Assembly: GCA_963719315.1 (NCBI GenBank)
Contig: CAVRBU010000002.1
Location: forward strand, 256,001 to 320,000
Source: an uncultured Planctomycetota bacterium
GTDB lineage: Bacteria; Planctomycetota; Planctomycetia; Pirellulales; Lacipirellulaceae
Length of the DNA: 64,000 nt
Reading direction: 5' to 3'
Shown here: piece by piece, positions 58,466-64,000 of the stretch
Numbering within the stretch: the stretch's first letter is position 1
How the letters are laid out: each line of letters begins with the position of its first letter
Position numbers and translations under genes: made by a program
Notes under the pieces: model-generated
Seen by the model: only the letters and a program-made list of their open reading frames with translations
What the model was told of the DNA's origin: nothing
The model's database searches: none

Positions 58466-59893
58466 ATGGAACAGAGATATTGGGCCCAGGGGCTCGTGTC
58501 GTTTATCGTCGCGGCATTTGCCCAGGCAAATGTTGGGTTTGCGGCCCCGCCGCAAGTTCCCAGCCTGCCATCGCAGACGGCAGGCTACGTCAAATACGCG
58601 ATCGACGACCTTCCAAATCACTACGAGAACGCCCCGGTCACGGCCACGAACAATACGCCGTCCGACAACCCACTCTCCAACGCCGGGGCGACGCTCGGGC
58701 GTGTCCTCTTCTACGACAAACGACTTTCGCACTCAGGCGGCGTGGCTTGCGCATCGTGCCACCGCCAATCCAACGGTTTTTCCGATCCGAATCAATTCAG
58801 CCAAGGCGTCGCCGGCCAGACGGCGCGCCATTCGATGGGGTTATCAAATTCAACGTACTATGCAGACGGCAAAGCGTTCTGGGACGAGCGGGCCGCATCG
58901 CTTGAAGACCAGGCGCTTGTGCCGATTCAGAATTCCGTCGAAATGGGCTCGACTCTCAATGAGGTCGTGACGAAGCTCAGTCAGACCACGTTTTATCCAA
59001 CTCTTTTCCAAGCCGCTTTCGGCACGCCGGATGTGACTTCCGATCGCATCGGCAAGGCGATCGCTCAGTTCGAGCGTTCGATGGTAACCTATAAATCCAA
59101 GTACGACGATTTTCTGGCGGGACAGCAACAACTGACTTCAGATGAAGCCGCAGGGCGGAATTTGTTCAACGGTGGAGCGCAATGCAGTGCCTGCCATACC
59201 ACGGACGCTCACGTGAGCAACGGTATCCACAACATCGGTCTCGATGTGACGAATACCGATGTGGGCGCCGGCGACGGACAATTCAAATCGCCGTCGTTGC
59301 GGAACGTAGAGGTTCGCGGCAAGTTCATGCACGACGGGCGGTTTTCGTCGCTCGAAGAGGTGATTCAGTTTTATAGCACGGGGGTGCAGGCCAATCCGAA
59401 TTTGGACCCGATTCTGCTAACCCCGCAACAAACGCCGCAACGGCTAAATCTATCGCAGCTACAGATCAACCAGCTGGTGGCCTTCTTGAGCACGCTTACG
59501 GATAACACTTTTTTGACTAGCTCGCTGTTTTCGGATCCCTTCGTGACATTACCTGGAGATTATACGGGCGATGGCGTCGTGAATTCGGCCGACTACGATC
59601 TTTGGCGGGCCAATTATGGTGATACCACACTTCTCACGGCCGATGGTAATGACGATCAACTGGTTGACGCCGCAGACTACGTAGTCTGGCAGCAAAACCT
59701 CGGCAGGACCTGGCAGGACCTGGCCTACGGAACCGGTGGCGGCTTGGCCAATACATCGGTCCCGGAACCGACCGGAGTCGCGTTGGCCGCTATGGCGCTT
59801 GTTTGGGGAATGGTTCTCCGAGCACGTCGAGTGGCGTCGCGCATCGTCGCGCCGCGGAATGATTCACAGCGATCTTCGCCGCATAGTGCCTAA
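58466..59893 (+). CDS. Diheme cytochrome c peroxidase/MauG-family protein with dockerin-like repeat and PEP-CTERM
   Basis: LGRVLFYDKRLS, CASCH, FWDERA..LE.Q, CSACH, FKSPSLRNV, MHDG; GDY..DGVV..ADY..W; VPEP. Confidence 0.9.
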   Translation: MEQRYWAQGLVSFIVAAFAQANVGFAAPPQVPSLPSQTAGYVKYAIDDLPNHYENAPVTATNNTPSDNPLSNAGATLGRVLFYDKRLSHSGGVACASCHRQSNGFSDPNQFSQGVAGQTARHSMGLSNSTYYADGKAFWDERAASLEDQALVPIQNSVEMGSTLNEVVTKLSQTTFYPTLFQAAFGTPDVTSDRIGKAIAQFERSMVTYKSKYDDFLAGQQQLTSDEAAGRNLFNGGAQCSACHTTDAHVSNGIHNIGLDVTNTDVGAGDGQFKSPSLRNVEVRGKFMHDGRFSSLEEVIQFYSTGVQANPNLDPILLTPQQTPQRLNLSQLQINQLVAFLSTLTDNTFLTSSLFSDPFVTLPGDYTGDGVVNSADYDLWRANYGDTTLLTADGNDDQLVDAADYVVWQQNLGRTWQDLAYGTGGGLANTSVPEPTGVALAAMALVWGMVLRARRVASRIVAPRNDSQRSSPHSA

Positions 59894-60623
59894 GTGAGAA
59901 TCATCTTACAACTAGCGACAACTAGCACTGCGGCGAGCAAGTATCTTAAAACAGCAGGCGCAAGTGTCGGCTGCCCAGTTCCGAGCCGATGATTCCGCCG
60001 CAGACCGCGGCAATCACCAGATACGAGAGTTGCTCCGGAAGGTGATTTACGCTCGCCAAGTTTCCCGCTAGTCCGGCGATGGAATTGATCAGGACGAATG
60101 CGGCGGAGACGCCCGCGCACTCGCGCACCTCGGCCCAGTGAGCGAGCAGTAGCAGCGGCGAAAGGAATATTCCGCCGCCTGTCCCGGTCAATCCCGACAA
60201 CAGGCCGATTGCGGCGCCAGCGGTCAGAGCGACGAGGATGGGCGCGCGCATAGTTTTCGGTTGGTCCCGTTTCATTGCGGACAAAAAAAGCCGTACAGCG
60301 GCAAACATCAAGATGGCTCCCACAGCAGCCCGGTAATAATGGTTCGGGAGATGAACCGCCCCGCCGAGGAATGAAAACGGGATCGAAGTAACGGCAAACG
60401 GCCAGAAGATACGCCACGAAAAGCAGCCGGCCCGGGCAAAGCGTATGGTCGCAATCGTTCCGACGGCGACATTTAACAGTAGCGCCGTCGGTTTCATTTC
60501 ATCGGTCGGCACGTTCAAAAAGGCCATCGCCGCCAGATAACCGGATGCTCCGGCATGTCCAACCGACGAATAAAGGATTGCCGTTACGAATATCAATCCG
60601 GCCAGCGTAAAAGTTTGGTCCAT
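59890..60623 (-). CDS. Sulfite exporter TauE/SafE family (frameshift at about 59960)
   Basis: YSSVGHAGASGY, GLLSGLTGTGGGIFLSP, SAAFVLINS. Confidence 0.88.
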
Positions 60624-60717
60624 CAGAACATTTTATCTGACGACGGCATCAATCGTGAGTGCCGGGCACAAGATCGCGCCGCAGCAACTAGGTGATATCG
60701 CGTCGCCACCACCAACC

Positions 60718-60799
60718 GTAGGGTGGGTCGAGGAACGAGACCCACCATCCAATTGGCGGCCTACACTTCGGCGGGTCTCGCAGACTCGACCCACCCTTC
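60718..60799. repeat. Inverted GTAG-type REP doublet (REPIN-like)
   Basis: GTAGGGTGGGTCGAGGAACGAGACCCACC ... GGCGGGTCTCGCAGACTCGACCCACCCTTC. Confidence 0.75.
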
Positions 60800-60815
60800 A
60801 CTCTACAATGACTTC

Positions 60816-61521
60816 ATGCCCGCCTATTGCCGTCCCGCTGCCTATGATGCGTTCGCCGTCGAGATTCCACGACTCGATACGACCACCGGACTCTTTCGCG
60901 CCGCATTCGCGATCGCGCGGCACGAACTACCTGAGGCCGATTTTTGGAGGCGCGGAAGCAATGGTCGCCGAACTCGGCGAAACCGTGCGTCGTCGCGTTC
61001 ATTCGGACAGCGTCGAGGCCCGGCTCGCGCATTTGCACGACGTCATGTTCGACGTAGTCGGCTTCAGCGGCAACGTCGAGGATTACTACAACCCGGCCAA
61101 CAGTTACTTGCCGGAGGTACTCCGCACGCACCGTGGGCTACCCATCACACTGGTGCTCATATACAAGTGCGTGGCAGAACAGGTCGGCCTCGTCGTTCGG
61201 GGCATCAATTCGCCGGGGCATTTTTTGGCCGCCGTTCGAAACGGCGAGTCGCTATACGATCCATCAAAACGCGATGCCTGGATGTACGTCGATCCTTTTT
61301 TTGGCGGCGAGCTGCTTGACGGCAGCGATGTTTGCCGCCGAATCGCGGAAACGACGGGCGCAGCGCCGGCCGACTCCTCGCCGTGGCTCGTCCCCGCGAC
61401 ACACTGGCAATGGCTCGGCCGGATACTCAACAATTTGCAGGCCGTTTTCGCCCACACTGGCCGCGAGCGCGATCTTTACGCCATGCAGGAATTGCAGGAA
61501 CTGTTGGCGCCCATTCGTTAA
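60816..61521 (+). CDS. SirB1/transglutaminase-like domain protein (frameshift at about 60945)
   Basis: GFSGN..DYYNPANSYL..VL....GLPITL, GIN.PGHF, VDPF.GG, R.LNNL. Confidence 0.85.
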
Positions 61522-61529
61522 GCGGAGTC

Positions 61530-62387
61530 TTATCGCCGACGCCAAAGACCGATGGCACTCAAGCAGACCGCAATCAGCATGATCGTCGCCGGTTCGGGGA
61601 TTTGAAATGCAATGGCATCGAGTGAGTCGACAGAGGCACCGATATCGGTGACCACTCCTGCCGCATCAATTGTCACCAAATGTGTCGGGGGCGGCGAACC
61701 TGGACCGACATTCAATCCGTATAAAACGCTACCATCGAAGTCCAGTGCGCCGTAACCACCGCCGCCCGCAGGTCTCGCAGGGGCAGCGATGTTGGTGTAC
61801 GCGCCCGTTCCCGAGTCGTACGTCCCGAAACGGGTCGCAGATGGAGTACCGTAAAAGACACCCCCCGAGCTAATCGCAAGTCCGCCGCCGGTGGTCGAAG
61901 TTGTTACACCGTTGGCACCGACCAGCGTCGCTTGAGCTGTGGCCAGACTAATCGAATAAAGATTGGGACCGCCAATGGAGGCGACGCCGTACAAATTGCC
62001 GGCCGCATCAAAGCCAATGTCAGCCATCGTGGCGGGCTTTCCAGATGCATTGACTGGCCCCGCGTTGAACAGGCCGATCACATTTACCGACGCCGTGGCT
62101 GGGTTAATGGTCACAAGCAGGCCTTCCGTACCTGCCTGACTATTGCCTGTCGAACCGTAGAGCACGCCGGTCGTTGGATGAAACGCCAACCCGGTGATCG
62201 GATAATTGAGGCCGGTCACGTCGTTGAGCGGACCGACATCCTGAATCATCGCTCCCGTGGCTGGATTGAGAATATACAACTCACCAGCGGCACCAGCCGC
62301 ACTCGATGCGTATAGAGTGCCAGCGTCGGAGCGCGCGGCGACAAATGTCACGCACAAAGCGATCAACCACAGTTTGCACGACTTCAT
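61530..62387 (-). CDS. PEP-CTERM protein with beta-propeller-like repeats
   Basis: Signal peptide; repeated L..INP.T / GLAF...G.LYG units; IPEP-TM-RRR tail. Confidence 0.85.
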   Translation of the reverse strand: MKSCKLWLIALCVTFVAARSDAGTLYASSAAGAAGELYILNPATGAMIQDVGPLNDVTGLNYPITGLAFHPTTGVLYGSTGNSQAGTEGLLVTINPATASVNVIGLFNAGPVNASGKPATMADIGFDAAGNLYGVASIGGPNLYSISLATAQATLVGANGVTTSTTGGGLAISSGGVFYGTPSATRFGTYDSGTGAYTNIAAPARPAGGGGYGALDFDGSVLYGLNVGPGSPPPTHLVTIDAAGVVTDIGASVDSLDAIAFQIPEPATIMLIAVCLSAIGLWRRR

Positions 62388-62590
62388 TAGTTCTTCTCCC
62401 AGATAAGCAATTCGAGCCTGAATCGACAATTCGACGACTACAGCTTATTCAATGGATCGCGACTGTCAACGGAATAAATCGGCAATCGTCCGAAATTTGC
62501 GCACGACGAAGAACGTGGTGCGCATGCGGGGCACTTTCGGGCGCTTTTACAGACAATTTGGAACATTTTCGCTAAGATACATTTGAAAAC

Positions 62591-64000
62591 ATGTGCCAAC
62601 GCTGTTGCTTAATGCTATTCGCCTTGTTTCTTGTCACCCGCGGTGGCATCGCCCGCGCCGACGTTGTTGTCCTTGCCAATCGCACGGGGCGCGCGTTGCC
62701 GTTGCGGTTCACGCCCGTTAGTGGGCAAGCCCAGCTACTAACTCTGCCCGTCGGCGAGAACATGCCGCTGTACCTCGACGGCAAGGCAAATGTTTCGTTT
62801 TCGTCGCCGGGTGGAACAAAGAATTACTTACTCGATGCCAACTGCGCCTATTTCTTCGGCCGCAGCAACGACGGCCGTATCGATATGCAGAAAATCGGGC
62901 TGGGCGAAGACGGCACGCTCACCGAGGGTCACACACTGCCCGGCACGGCCAGCCGGGCTCCGACAGCGCTCATCACGGTAAAGATTCTGGTCGATGAAGA
63001 AGAGCCTGGCCGACAAGTTGTGTGGGAACAGCGGTTGCGGCGGCGCGTAGAGGCCGCATCGGCTGTCTTCGAAAAGTATTTTCAGACCAAGTTTCAGGTC
63101 GTGGCCGTCGGCACTTGGAATTCGGACAACGCTACCAACGACTTCAATGCAGCGCTCTCAGAATTCGAACGGGAAGTGAACCCGGCGCCGGCTCGGCTGG
63201 CGATCGGTTTCACGAGTCAATGGAAAATGGAGCGCGGCCGCATGCATATGGCCGGAACGCGCGGGCCGCTGCACACACATATCTTAGCCCGCGAGGGGAA
63301 TCCAGCGCTCAGTGAAGCCGAACGTTTGGAATATCTCATCCATGAGCTGGGGCATTTTTTGGGTGCCGCCCACAGCCCCGAGCGCGGCAGCGTCATGCGA
63401 CCGGTGCTGGGCGACAACCAGGCGGGACGAACGAATTACCATATCCAATTCGATCCGGTCAACACCCTTGCGATGGCAATGATCAGCGACGAGATGCGTC
63501 GCCGCAAACTCACAAAACTGGGTGAATTGTCGGCCGAGACCCGAAAGCGGCTTGGGCAGATCTATATGGAGTTGGCGCGTTCGCTTCCCGACGATCCGGC
63601 AGCGCTCGCTTACGCCCAGATCGTGCGGTCTGAATCCGGGTCGCCGCTGGTTCTGGCGACCCGTCAAGTGCTGCAGCAAATCATCCGGGCTGCGATTGAC
63701 AACCGCACACTTCCGACGGCCAGTATCGGTTCTTCGTTGCAACAAACGCGGCGGCAAGGCGACATCCTTACCGAGTACCTGATCCGCGAGGCAGCCCGCG
63801 CAGCCCAATCGCAGCCCGAAAACGTTCGTTGTCAGGCGTTTCTGCTGGCCGTCGTTATCGGCCTCAACGACAGCGAACTTCTGGCCCAATTGCCCACGTC
63901 TTCCAACGTCATACGGGCGATTGAAGCGCCGAGCGAACGGACGATTCGGCTTGCCGTGCTAGGTGAACCGACGATGCGCGGCCGTCGCGATTTGGCGCGG
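62591..64000 (+). CDS. Secreted metzincin (matrixin-like) metalloprotease, 3'-truncated
   Basis: Frame open from ATG 62591 with signal peptide; HELGHFLGAAH at 63341 and Met-turn SVMRP. It runs off the window, so it is absent from the ORF track. Confidence 0.85.
   Translation, partial: MCQRCCLMLFALFLVTRGGIARADVVVLANRTGRALPLRFTPVSGQAQLLTLPVGENMPLYLDGKANVSFSSPGGTKNYLLDANCAYFFGRSNDGRIDMQKIGLGEDGTLTEGHTLPGTASRAPTALITVKILVDEEEPGRQVVWEQRLRRRVEAASAVFEKYFQTKFQVVAVGTWNSDNATNDFNAALSEFEREVNPAPARLAIGFTSQWKMERGRMHMAGTRGPLHTHILAREGNPALSEAERLEYLIHELGHFLGAAHSPERGSVMRPVLGDNQAGRTNYHIQFDPVNTLAMAMISDEMRRRKLTKLGELSAETRKRLGQIYMELARSLPDDPAALAYAQIVRSESGSPLVLATRQVLQQIIRAAIDNRTLPTASIGSSLQQTRRQGDILTEYLIREAARAAQSQPENVRCQAFLLAVVIGLNDSELLAQLPTSSNVIRAIEAPSERTIRLAVLGEPTMRGRRDLAR

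Overview
GC-rich planctomycete DNA. The 16S gene carries the Pla46 and EUB338-II probe sequences, and the PEP-CTERM/dockerin-like proteins and DUF1559 suggest a Pirellulales/Lacipirellulaceae-like organism. In order, the window holds: a His-rich PEP-CTERM/DUF1559/lipoprotein locus and a plant-like SirB chelatase; fused 5-oxoprolinase, DUF3891, cysK, lipA and a branched-chain 2-oxoacid dehydrogenase E1a/E1b/E2 cluster; an HtrA protease; a RelE/ParE-like toxin-antitoxin pair; an ABC exporter module; a heptamer-flanked four-helix-bundle gene; a 14-gene type IV pilus/T2SS-like cluster with an MshEN-domain ATPase; an SDR-Orf20-pabB (methanopterin-type) operon; an accessory region with Uma2 nuclease genes and a complete IS21 element; a solitary 16S rRNA gene; and more PEP-CTERM genes. 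The most unusual structure is downstream of the 16S gene. The 16S 3' processing-stem/terminator sequence occurs three times in direct orientation, and the copies delimit Uma2 cassettes. About 12 frameshifts, most at GCGC, look like sequencing artefacts. Family calls come from motif recognition only; no database searches were run.
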